From the NCBI GenBank assembly GCA_018260615.1, contig JAGWDQ010000137.1, positions 1 to 20,458 on the forward strand: DNA of 20,458 nucleotides, in the 5' to 3' direction. Shown here piece after piece: positions 1-7,755 of the stretch. The notes beneath the pieces are model-generated. The model was not told where the DNA came from, ran no database searches, and was given only the letters and a program-made list of their open reading frames with translations. Position 1 is the first letter of the stretch; every line of letters starts with the position of its first letter. This stretch comes from Candidatus Altarchaeum sp. Its GTDB lineage: Archaea; Altiarchaeota; Altiarchaeia; Altiarchaeales; Altiarchaeaceae. Made by a program: the position numbers and the translations under genes.

Positions 1-109
1 TCCGAACGAAGTGAGGTTATTTTCAAAATCGCAAAGATTTTGAAAATATGAGAGCAAAGCGAACTTATTTACGAACGAAGTGAGTAAATATCCGAACGAA
101 GTGAGGTTA
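1..109 (+). repeat. REP-like composite repeat cluster (probably truncated by the window start)
   Basis: TCCGAACGAAGTGAGGTTA is exact at 1-19 and 91-109, with a variant ACGAACGAAGTGAGTAAAT at 71-89. Perfect hairpin ATTTTCAAAATC-gcaaa-GATTTTGAAAAT at 19-47. Related modules occur in reverse orientation at 14707-14855. Confidence 0.85.
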
Positions 110-219
110 AAAACATAATAATTACTGAAAATCTTTGGATTTTCAATCTTACAAAATCTATAAAATTTTATAATTACCCTGAAAAAGTTAAAATTTTTTC
201 AAAATTTTATACTTTGTAG

Positions 220-1449
220 ATGAACACTAATTATAAAGATACGATGGAAAACATAAAACCTAAATATAAGCACGAACTTAACGAGGAATTAAAAGGAAAG
301 ATACATCTATATGATACAAATCGGGAAAGAGATTACTTGTCAGAATTTGCATCCAAAAGTGAAGATGGATTAAGAAGAGAACAAAAAGTTAAAGAAGATA
401 TTAGACTAAAATATTCAAGAGATGCTGATCGAATCATACATACTCATGCGTATTCACGATATATAGATAAAACACAAGTATTCTTCTTAGTAGATAACGA
501 TCATCTTACTCATAGGGTTCTTCATGTCCAATTAGTTTCAAGAATAGCCAGAACTATTGGACGAGCACTCAAATTGAACGAAGATCTTATTGAAGCAATA
601 TCATTAGGTCACGACCTTGGTCATGCCCCGTTTGGTCATATGGGGGAGGAAGCTCTATCAAAACTCACAGAGAAAAAAGGTATTGGCAGATTTTTACATA
701 ATGTTCAGAGTGTTCAATTCCTTGACGAAATAGAAAATCAGGACCTAACTCTTCAGGTTCTGGATGGGATTCTATGTCATAATGGTGAGGAGCATAAACA
801 AAAGTTAGAACCTGTGAAAGGGAAGGATTGGACGAAATTTGACGCCGAAATTGAAGCGATAAAAAAAGGGAAAAAAGATTATATGCCTATGACTTTAGAA
901 GGGTGTGTAGTAAGATTTGCAGATGTTATAGCATATCTCGGCAGAGATCTTTTGGATGCCAGAGAAGTTGGACTCATAAAAGATGACTCAGACATTCCCG
1001 AACAATGTAAAGAAAAAATAGGAGTAGAAAATTCTGAAATGATCAATAACCTAATTATTAACTTGATTGAAAATAGTTATGGCCAAAATTACATTTCATA
1101 TTCAAAAGAAATGTCGGAAGCTCTGGAAAAATATCTAACATTTAACTACGAGCAAATATATGTAGGTCAGTACAAGCATGAAGAACGATTAGGGGACGAA
1201 GAAAGGATAGGAAATATGTATGAAAAACTTTTTGAAACATTTTTAGGTGACCTTGAAGACAAAAATAAAAAATCAACAATATATAAACAACTTTTTAATT
1301 TAAAATGGATTGGTGAAGATTATCTTAATAAATCAACACATCCTGCCGAAAAAGTCAGAGATTTTATTGCAGGTATGACCGATAAATATTTTCTCACTAC
1401 ATTTAAGGACATCTCTATTCCCAAAAAAATTACTCAAAAATTTAAATGA
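220..1449 (+). CDS. dgt: HD-domain deoxyguanosinetriphosphate triphosphohydrolase (dGTPase/dNTPase) family protein
   Basis: Motifs RDADRIIHTHAYSRYIDKTQVF, THRVLHVQLVS, GHDLGHAPFGH (HD), LDGILCHNG, RFADVIAY and C-terminal RDFIAGMTD. The true start could be the Met at codon 9. Confidence 0.85.
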   Translation: MNTNYKDTMENIKPKYKHELNEELKGKIHLYDTNRERDYLSEFASKSEDGLRREQKVKEDIRLKYSRDADRIIHTHAYSRYIDKTQVFFLVDNDHLTHRVLHVQLVSRIARTIGRALKLNEDLIEAISLGHDLGHAPFGHMGEEALSKLTEKKGIGRFLHNVQSVQFLDEIENQDLTLQVLDGILCHNGEEHKQKLEPVKGKDWTKFDAEIEAIKKGKKDYMPMTLEGCVVRFADVIAYLGRDLLDAREVGLIKDDSDIPEQCKEKIGVENSEMINNLIINLIENSYGQNYISYSKEMSEALEKYLTFNYEQIYVGQYKHEERLGDEERIGNMYEKLFETFLGDLEDKNKKSTIYKQLFNLKWIGEDYLNKSTHPAEKVRDFIAGMTDKYFLTTFKDISIPKKITQKFK

Positions 1450-1492
1450 AATAATTTTAGCATAAAATATCTATAAAATAAACTATTTAAAA

Positions 1493-1981
1493 ATGAAAGA
1501 GGGAGATAAACAGTTAAGAATATATATTGCAGGCCCATTATTTTCGGACGCTGAAAGAAGTTATAATGAATGCTTGAATAACTTTTTTAAAGAAATAGGT
1601 TTTGAAACTTTTTTGCCCCAGCATAACGGTTATAAACTATCCGATTTACTAGTTAAGGATTTGTCTAAACGCGACGCAATTAATCTAATTTTTGAAAAAG
1701 ATATTGAAGAAATTCAAAAATCAGATATTTTAGTTTTAATTGTGGATGGCCGAGTTCCCGACGAGGGCGCGTGTGTTGAAGCAGGATATGCTTATTCGTT
1801 AGGAAAAGAGTGCATTGGACTGAAAACAGATTGCAGGACTCTCATGTCTGACTTGGATAATCCATTGATTGTTGGAGTACTTAAAAATAGAATTGCAAGA
1901 AGTTTCAAAGAGTTGGAGAAGTTTCTTCTTGAGATTAAAGCGAATTATAAGATACCAAATGAATTAAAGACATTTAATTGA
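1493..1981 (+). CDS. Nucleoside 2-deoxyribosyltransferase-like / dNMP N-glycosidase family protein
   Basis: N-terminal IYIAGPLF, FLPQH, DIEEIQKSDILV, and DEGACVEAGYAYSLGK containing the family catalytic Glu. Confidence 0.85.
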   Translation: MKEGDKQLRIYIAGPLFSDAERSYNECLNNFFKEIGFETFLPQHNGYKLSDLLVKDLSKRDAINLIFEKDIEEIQKSDILVLIVDGRVPDEGACVEAGYAYSLGKECIGLKTDCRTLMSDLDNPLIVGVLKNRIARSFKELEKFLLEIKANYKIPNELKTFN

Positions 1982-2231
1982 TTAAAATTAATTAAATTAG
2001 TAAATACTATTAGAACAAAAATTTATTTGTGAAACATTCATAAAATTAATAATTATACACAAGAACATAAAAATCAAAAGATTTATGGAGGAAAATTTCA
2101 AAAAAATAGATAAACTCAAAAATTTATAGTAATTTTTTTAGGAGGACGAATAGTTACATAATTTTTATAATTTCATATAAATTTTATACGGGCAATTTTC
2201 GGGCAATATTTAAATTTTATAATATAACAAT

Positions 2232-2951
2232 ATGGAAACAGAAAAAAAATTAATCGTTGACGGGATTAGAGTTGACGGGAGAAGATGGAACGAATTGCGG
2301 GATATAAAAATGAAGGTCGGAGTCCTGAAAAATGCAATGGGCTCGGCATCTGTTGAATGGGGAAAGAATAAAGTTATCGCAGGTATTTACGGACCAAGAG
2401 AAGTAATTCCGAAATTTGAAGAGGACTCAACAAAAGCAATCTTAAAATGTGAGTACAATATGGCACCTTTCAGTGTTGAAGACAGAAAAAGACCGGGTCC
2501 TGACAGAAGGTCGGTTGAAATTTCAAAGGTAATAACAGAAGCACTGTCATCGGTTGTCTTACTGGAAGAATTCCCGAATACGCAGATAAATGTATATATT
2601 GAAATTTTGCGGGCGGATGCCGGAACGAGAATTGCAGGAATAACTGCCGCCTCATTGGCATTGGCGGATGCAGGAATTCCGATGAAGGATCTGGTTGCCG
2701 GATGCACAGCAGGAAAGGTTGATGATGAAATTGTTCTGGATTTATGCAAAGAGGAGGACAATTACGGCAGCTGTGATTTGCCTGTTGCAATTATTCCGAA
2801 AAATAAGGAAATTGTATTGTTGCAGATGGACGGGATTTTGACAAAAGAAGAATTTAACAAAGCGTTTGATTTGGTGGTTGGTGGTTGTATGGATATTTAT
2901 GAAATGCAAAAGAAGGCGTTGTATGAAAAGTATAAAAATAAAGATGAGTAG
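2232..2951 (+). CDS. rrp41: Archaeal exosome complex exonuclease Rrp41 (RNase PH family)
   Basis: RVDGRRWNELRDI, GSASVEWGKNKVIAGIYGPRE, YNMAPFSVEDRKRPGPDRRSVEISK, ADAGTR phosphate-binding motif, ALADAGIPM. Confidence 0.95.
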   Translation: METEKKLIVDGIRVDGRRWNELRDIKMKVGVLKNAMGSASVEWGKNKVIAGIYGPREVIPKFEEDSTKAILKCEYNMAPFSVEDRKRPGPDRRSVEISKVITEALSSVVLLEEFPNTQINVYIEILRADAGTRIAGITAASLALADAGIPMKDLVAGCTAGKVDDEIVLDLCKEEDNYGSCDLPVAIIPKNKEIVLLQMDGILTKEEFNKAFDLVVGGCMDIYEMQKKALYEKYKNKDE

Positions 2952-3032
2952 ATGATAGATGAGTTGGTTAAGGGTTATGTGCCACAAGAATCAGGGACAA
3001 AAATTTATTTATTTAATTTCATATTATCATAA
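2952..3032 (+). pseudogene. Possible 5' stub of rrp42 (26 codons, MIDELVKGYV...)
   Basis: The ATG directly abuts the rrp41 TAG, where rrp42 normally sits. The first ~10 codons loosely resemble Rrp42 N-termini, then the sequence turns into AT-rich DNA inside an inverted repeat. Weak similarity, judged by eye. Confidence 0.3.
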
Positions 3033-3055
3033 GTCCCTGTTCTATATTGATTTTA

Positions 3056-3124
3056 AATTTCACACCTTTTCTTTTCCCCTTCCGAAATCAATTTCACACC
3101 TTTTCTTTTCCCCTTCCGAAATCA
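3056..3124. repeat. 34-bp tandem duplication covering the last ~10 codons and stop of manC
   Basis: ATTTCACACCTTTTCTTTTCCCCTTCCGAAATCA is exact at 3057-3090 and 3091-3124. Confidence 0.95.
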
Positions 3125-4491
3125 TCTTCAAATCTTTCAATATCATCCTCCCCGAGATATTCCCCTATCTGTACCTCCATTATCTCCAAAAGCACCTTTC
3201 CCGGATTTTCGAGCCGGTGAGCAAATCCCGAAGGAATAAATGTACTTTCCCCGTTTCTCAAAAACATTTCCTTGCCATCAACAACAATTTTAGCCATTCC
3301 TCTGACAACTATCCAGTGTTCGCTTCTGTGATAATGCATCTGCAAACTCAGTCGTTTTTTAGGCAGAACAACAATATGCTTTATTTTATATCTTTCTCCG
3401 TCCTCCAGCACAGTATACTGCCCCCAGGGACGATAAGATGTTCTATCGGTAATTGCCCTTTCGTCTCCCTTATTTTTCAAAATTTTAAAAATTTCCTTAA
3501 CTTTTTGCGTTTCTCCCCTCTTAGCAATCAGTAAAGCATCTCCCGAGTCAATAACCGCTAAATTTTCAACTCCGACTAATGCAGTCAGCCGCTTTGTTAT
3601 GACTAAATTTTTTGATGACTCAACAGAAATATATTCTCCTATTCCCGCATTTTCATCTTTGTCTTTATCATATACCTCATATATTGCGTCAAAACTTCCC
3701 AAATCATTCCACGAGGTATTTAAAGGAACAACAGATACATTTTTTGCTTTTTCAATAATTCCGTAATCAACCGAAATTTCGGGAATTTTTTTATAAATTT
3801 CCGTCAGATTGCTGCTGCTTTCAAATGCGGTGTAAATTTCAGGAGTCATGTCTTTGACGGCTTCCGTGAAAATTTTTGTATTAAAGATGAACATTCCGCT
3901 GTTCCATAAGTATCCATCTCTGACATACTTCTTTGCCGTTTCCAAATTTGGCTTTTCCTTAAATTCACTAACTTTAAAGCCGTTGCCTTCTTTTATCGCT
4001 TTTCCTATTCCTATGTAACCATAACCAGTATGAGGCGTCTTTGGCTTTATTCCAAAGGTTACTAATTCATAATTTGCTAAATTTTCCCCTGTTTTAAATG
4101 CTTCAGAGTATGCATCGTTTGTATTTATAACATGGTCGGATGGAATGACCTGGACATTGCAGTCACCGTAAATTTCTTTGAGCGTTTTTATTCCGAAATA
4201 GATTGCGGGAAGTGTGTTCTTTCCCGATGGTTCCAGAAGAATATTTCTTTCGGGAATGGTTATGCTGATTTCTTTTAATTCGTCCAAAACCCTGAATTTA
4301 TAGTCCTTATTTGTTACGATAAAAATTTCATCTTCTGCCGAAAATAATTTTGCTCTTTCAACTGTTCTCTGGAAGAGTGATTTATCGTCAAAAATTTTTA
4401 TAAACTGCTTTGGAAGCTGCTCCCTGCTTAACGGCCACAGGCGGGTTCCTTTTCCACCACATAAGATTATGGTTTTCATCTTATTTATCAT
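3094..4491 (-). CDS. manC: Mannose-1-phosphate guanylyltransferase / mannose-6-phosphate isomerase (bifunctional, C-terminal cupin)
   Basis: ILCGGKGTRLWPLSREQLPKQF, LEPSGKNTLPAI, PSDH, FKEKP, WNSGMF, WNDLGS, and cupin RPWG...LSLQMHYHRSEHW...HRLENPG...EDDIERFED. Confidence 0.95.
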   Translation of the reverse strand: MINKMKTIILCGGKGTRLWPLSREQLPKQFIKIFDDKSLFQRTVERAKLFSAEDEIFIVTNKDYKFRVLDELKEISITIPERNILLEPSGKNTLPAIYFGIKTLKEIYGDCNVQVIPSDHVINTNDAYSEAFKTGENLANYELVTFGIKPKTPHTGYGYIGIGKAIKEGNGFKVSEFKEKPNLETAKKYVRDGYLWNSGMFIFNTKIFTEAVKDMTPEIYTAFESSSNLTEIYKKIPEISVDYGIIEKAKNVSVVPLNTSWNDLGSFDAIYEVYDKDKDENAGIGEYISVESSKNLVITKRLTALVGVENLAVIDSGDALLIAKRGETQKVKEIFKILKNKGDERAITDRTSYRPWGQYTVLEDGERYKIKHIVVLPKKRLSLQMHYHRSEHWIVVRGMAKIVVDGKEMFLRNGESTFIPSGFAHRLENPGKVLLEIMEVQIGEYLGEDDIERFEDDFGRGKEKV

Positions 4492-4591
4492 AATTTTTTT
4501 AGTTTTTAAACAATTTGCTTTATAATTTTATATTTAATTTCTTTATTTTTAAAAATTAACCATTTAGATGTTATATTTTGGGCTATTCTCT

Positions 4592-5089
4592 TTATTTAAT
4601 TTTTATCTTTCTAAAAAAATCTAGCAAATTCATTGAGTGTATTTTGAAACAATCGGCGATATAAGGAATGTGATTTTGAGCATTTTTTTCACTTGTTACT
4701 AAGGTTGCTTTTTTACAAATACTTAATGCTATTAGCCACGGATCTGCCCAAGGACCTTTGGCGCTTTCTTTATCCCAATAATCTTTATCATATTTTGATT
4801 TAACATTTTCAAATTCTTCTTTTTGACAATTATCATCAATCCCTCTAAACATATTTTTATTTTTTGTGCTCCATTGCAACAGGAAGTCATTTTTGTCAGT
4901 TGCGTCATTAATTTCTTCAAATACTTCTATAGATGAGATAAGAGTATCATTTTTAACCATATCTTCTAATTTATTCCATATTGGTGAAAATAAATCTATA
5001 TCTTTTGGATAATGCTTTTTAATATTTATTAAGGCATCTGCATCAATGCAATAAATAAGATTTTCTGATAATTTTAAGTGCTTTTCCAT
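4592..5089 (-). CDS. DUF4411 family PIN-like domain protein (putative RNase toxin)
   Basis: N-terminal YCIDADALI acidic PIN motif, VFEEI, ADPWLIAL, LVTSE, IPYIA...MNLLDF. Lies 8 bp downstream of an Xre-ImmA gene, the usual context for this family. Confidence 0.8.
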   Translation of the reverse strand: MEKHLKLSENLIYCIDADALINIKKHYPKDIDLFSPIWNKLEDMVKNDTLISSIEVFEEINDATDKNDFLLQWSTKNKNMFRGIDDNCQKEEFENVKSKYDKDYWDKESAKGPWADPWLIALSICKKATLVTSEKNAQNHIPYIADCFKIHSMNLLDFFRKIKIK

Positions 5090-5097
5090 TGTTAGTA

Positions 5098-6264
5098 TTA
5101 ATCAATAAATTTTTCAACATATTTTGTTTTTAAATTTAAAATTCTTGAAGATTCATAAAAAGTAATTTTTTCTGCAAGATATGCTTTTTTTACCTCTTGA
5201 AGAGACAAGTTCCCTACACGATTTAAGTAAATTTTATCCCAATTTCTGCGACCAAATTTCTTTTGCTTTGATACAACCTCTATTTCTTTCTCATTTATTT
5301 CATTTTTAAACGCTTGATATGTTTCTTTCTCAATGTATCCTAACCTTAAGAGACAAATCATCATAGTTTGTTTACTTACTCCGTAAGTTTCAGTAAGTTT
5401 ATTAATCTCTTCTTCATCAATTTGCCTAAATTTTTTAACTTCAGTCATTAAATTATCTGATGGGATTAAAAACTCAGCAGCAAATTGATTACAGTAGAAC
5501 TCTATTCCTTGATCATTCTTTTCAATATCTATTGAACATATCCCTGCATTTCTTTTAAGCAAATGACAGATTTCGTGAAAAAGAGAAAACAATTTTATTG
5601 ATGGTTTATCATTCTCATTTAGAACTATTACTGAAATATATGAGGACGTACTAAAAGCTCTTACATCATTTACATCATTACCCGCCTCCGATGGAGGTTT
5701 TACAAAGAGTTCATGTTGCTTGCGTTTGCGAGGATTAGTATGGTTCAAAGGATATTCTATAATAATAATACTTAAAGCACCCTCTAAAATTTTTTTATAA
5801 TCAGTTAAAATTTCTTCAGGTTTTTTAGACTTTATAAGCTCAATATTTAAGAATTTTCTAAATTCTTTTGCTAATTCACCTGCCTTTAATGTATCTGAAA
5901 AAGATGGAATTTGACTTCTTTTTCCACATAAGTCCTTTATCTTTTCAGAAAGATAATATGTGTTTCTTTCGGCCAAATATGTTTCATGAGTTAATTTTCT
6001 ATTTCGATTAATTCTATAATCTGGCATAACAGGAAGTTTTGGTGCAGAGTCGGAAAAAAACGCTGCAAGTGAATATTTGTATAGTCCTTCAAGTTTATAA
6101 ATTTCAGTTGTAGTAAAAAACTCCATTCCTTTTTCTACTCTTTTAATTTTTTCAGGACTTGTTTTAAGTTTTTTTGCAACTTCTTCAATAGAATATCCTG
6201 ATGTTTCCCTAAGTGCCTTTAACACATCCGGAACTAATTTAATTTCTTTTTGTTTTTCTTTCAT
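5098..6264 (-). CDS. Xre-type HTH plus ImmA/IrrE (Peptidase_M78/DUF955) zinc metallopeptidase
   Basis: N-terminal HTH (LKALRETSGYSIEEVAKKL...IKRVEKG), LFSLFHEICHLL (HEXXH) and EFYCNQFAAEFLIP. Confidence 0.9.
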   Translation of the reverse strand: MKEKQKEIKLVPDVLKALRETSGYSIEEVAKKLKTSPEKIKRVEKGMEFFTTTEIYKLEGLYKYSLAAFFSDSAPKLPVMPDYRINRNRKLTHETYLAERNTYYLSEKIKDLCGKRSQIPSFSDTLKAGELAKEFRKFLNIELIKSKKPEEILTDYKKILEGALSIIIIEYPLNHTNPRKRKQHELFVKPPSEAGNDVNDVRAFSTSSYISVIVLNENDKPSIKLFSLFHEICHLLKRNAGICSIDIEKNDQGIEFYCNQFAAEFLIPSDNLMTEVKKFRQIDEEEINKLTETYGVSKQTMMICLLRLGYIEKETYQAFKNEINEKEIEVVSKQKKFGRRNWDKIYLNRVGNLSLQEVKKAYLAEKITFYESSRILNLKTKYVEKFID

Positions 6265-6315
6265 TTTAACATTATCCCGTATATAGTATAATTAAATTTT
6301 TAAGTTAAAATTTTA

Positions 6316-7284
6316 CTAAAACCACGCATTTAACCCTTTTTGCATTGATTCTTCCTTCACCTTTCTTAATTCGTCCATTCCGTTCTTCACTCTTTCACGC
6401 GAAAAGTCGTGTTCGTCGCACAAAATTTTAAAAATTTCATCCTCATTATAGTCCTTAAATTCAATATTATATTCATCGCTTACATTCGGACTCGTAAAAA
6501 TTTTCCTTATATCCTCCACATCAAAGTTAAATTTTTCAGTTGGAAATTTTCCGCTTTTCACTATTTTAAGTGCTGTTTTTGGTCCAACACCTTTGACTCC
6601 GTCATTAAAATCAGTTCCGACCAAAATTCCGATATCTATCAGCTGCTCCCTGCTAATTCCCAAATTTTTAAGCACATCTGCCAAATTTAGCATCTCTAAT
6701 TCCCTGTCTCCGGTAAATGTTAAATTTCTCAATGTTTTCGGAGCGCCGAATAGCAGCGCATCATAATCCTGTGTTGCAACCGCATAAACATCTCCTTTTT
6801 TACATATATGTGCACATAGTGCTTCTCCGTCATTAACTGCCTGAACGCAGGGAATTCCCATCGCAGTCAGTAAATTTTTTGACTCGCCAACCATTTCTCC
6901 GGTCAGCGTTGATGTTCTTTTTGCAAATTTTCTCGCATCTTCCAGATTACCTTCATCTATTGCTTTGCTCCATTTCTCTTTTGCCGCTTCCTTTGCACTG
7001 CTTCGTTTCTCAAGGGTTTTAAATTTTAAATCAACCGGCTTTCCGTCAAATACATATATCGGCTTTATCCCGAATTTCATCTGCCTTATTGTTCTGTAAA
7101 AAAGCCCGGATAAATGCGAAGTTATATTGTCGTGAGAGTCCTTTAAAGATGTGCCGTCGCTTTGTCTTAGGGCAGATAAAAACTGATAAATTGCATTAAA
7201 TGCGTCAATTGCTATCAGTTTGTTCCTCAATTCCGAAATTTCTATGGTTTTTGCTGTAACTATGTCCCTTAAATCAACACCCAT
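6316..7284 (-). CDS. fen: Flap endonuclease 1
   Basis: Start reassigned to MGVDL (codon 17 of the listed ORF, cat at 7282-7284). IAIDAFNAIYQFL, ITSHLSGLFYR, VFDGKP, DGEA, TQDYDALLFGAP, LVGTDFN, and C-terminal PIP box QKGLNAWF. Confidence 0.95.
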   Translation of the reverse strand: MGVDLRDIVTAKTIEISELRNKLIAIDAFNAIYQFLSALRQSDGTSLKDSHDNITSHLSGLFYRTIRQMKFGIKPIYVFDGKPVDLKFKTLEKRSSAKEAAKEKWSKAIDEGNLEDARKFAKRTSTLTGEMVGESKNLLTAMGIPCVQAVNDGEALCAHICKKGDVYAVATQDYDALLFGAPKTLRNLTFTGDRELEMLNLADVLKNLGISREQLIDIGILVGTDFNDGVKGVGPKTALKIVKSGKFPTEKFNFDVEDIRKIFTSPNVSDEYNIEFKDYNEDEIFKILCDEHDFSRERVKNGMDELRKVKEESMQKGLNAWF

Positions 7285-7432
7285 TTTATGAACAAAATTT
7301 ATTTTTAAATTTAAATAGAAAATATTTAACAATTATTACTCAAATTAAATATTAAAATATTCACAAAATTTATTTATGAATTTAAAATTTAATGTATCTT
7401 TCCTAATTAACAAACAATAATAAAATTTTAAA

Positions 7433-7717
7433 ATGGCCGAAGAAACAAAAGATGTAAAAGAGGAAAAGGTTGAGGAGGAAACAACAGATGCAAAGGAAGA
7501 CACCTGTAAGTGTGAAGAATCCGAGGAGAAAAAGGGATTTAGTAAGGAAAAATTATACGGAGTTGGAATGGTTGTTGCAGGTATTGTGATTTTTGCTGCA
7601 CTGGCAATGTTTTATGCTGGCTTTGTGGATTTACTGATTAAAGGAATTGTGTTGGGAGTAGCAGTTGCAGCAATAGGACTGGTTTTGTTAGGAATTGTCT
7701 TTGCATTGTACGCATAA
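7433..7717 (+). CDS. Small hypothetical membrane protein (acidic N-terminus, two predicted TM helices)
   Basis: 94-aa ORF with E/K-rich first ~40 aa and a hydrophobic C-terminal half. Fills the gap between fen and the CPBP gene. Confidence 0.7.
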   Translation: MAEETKDVKEEKVEEETTDAKEDTCKCEESEEKKGFSKEKLYGVGMVVAGIVIFAALAMFYAGFVDLLIKGIVLGVAVAAIGLVLLGIVFALYA

Positions 7718-7755
7718 GACCTGCGAAGCAAGTATGAATATATGACTTTAAATTT

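Noticed and set aside
1-109. Repeats at the window start as a CRISPR array
   Set aside because: Spacing is irregular (70 then 20 bp), the intervening DNA is itself a repeated hairpin, and no cas genes are present.
2189-2207. CGGGCAAT direct repeat (period 11) upstream of rrp41
   Set aside because: Only 8 bp in two copies. It could be a factor-binding site, but there is no second instance to support that.
2959-3534. 191-aa + strand ORF, and other short listed ORFs opposite rrp41, fen, aspA, trmO, argH, folP, the MTase and the hydrolase
   Set aside because: They overlap well-supported genes on the opposite strand or in another frame and carry no recognisable motifs.
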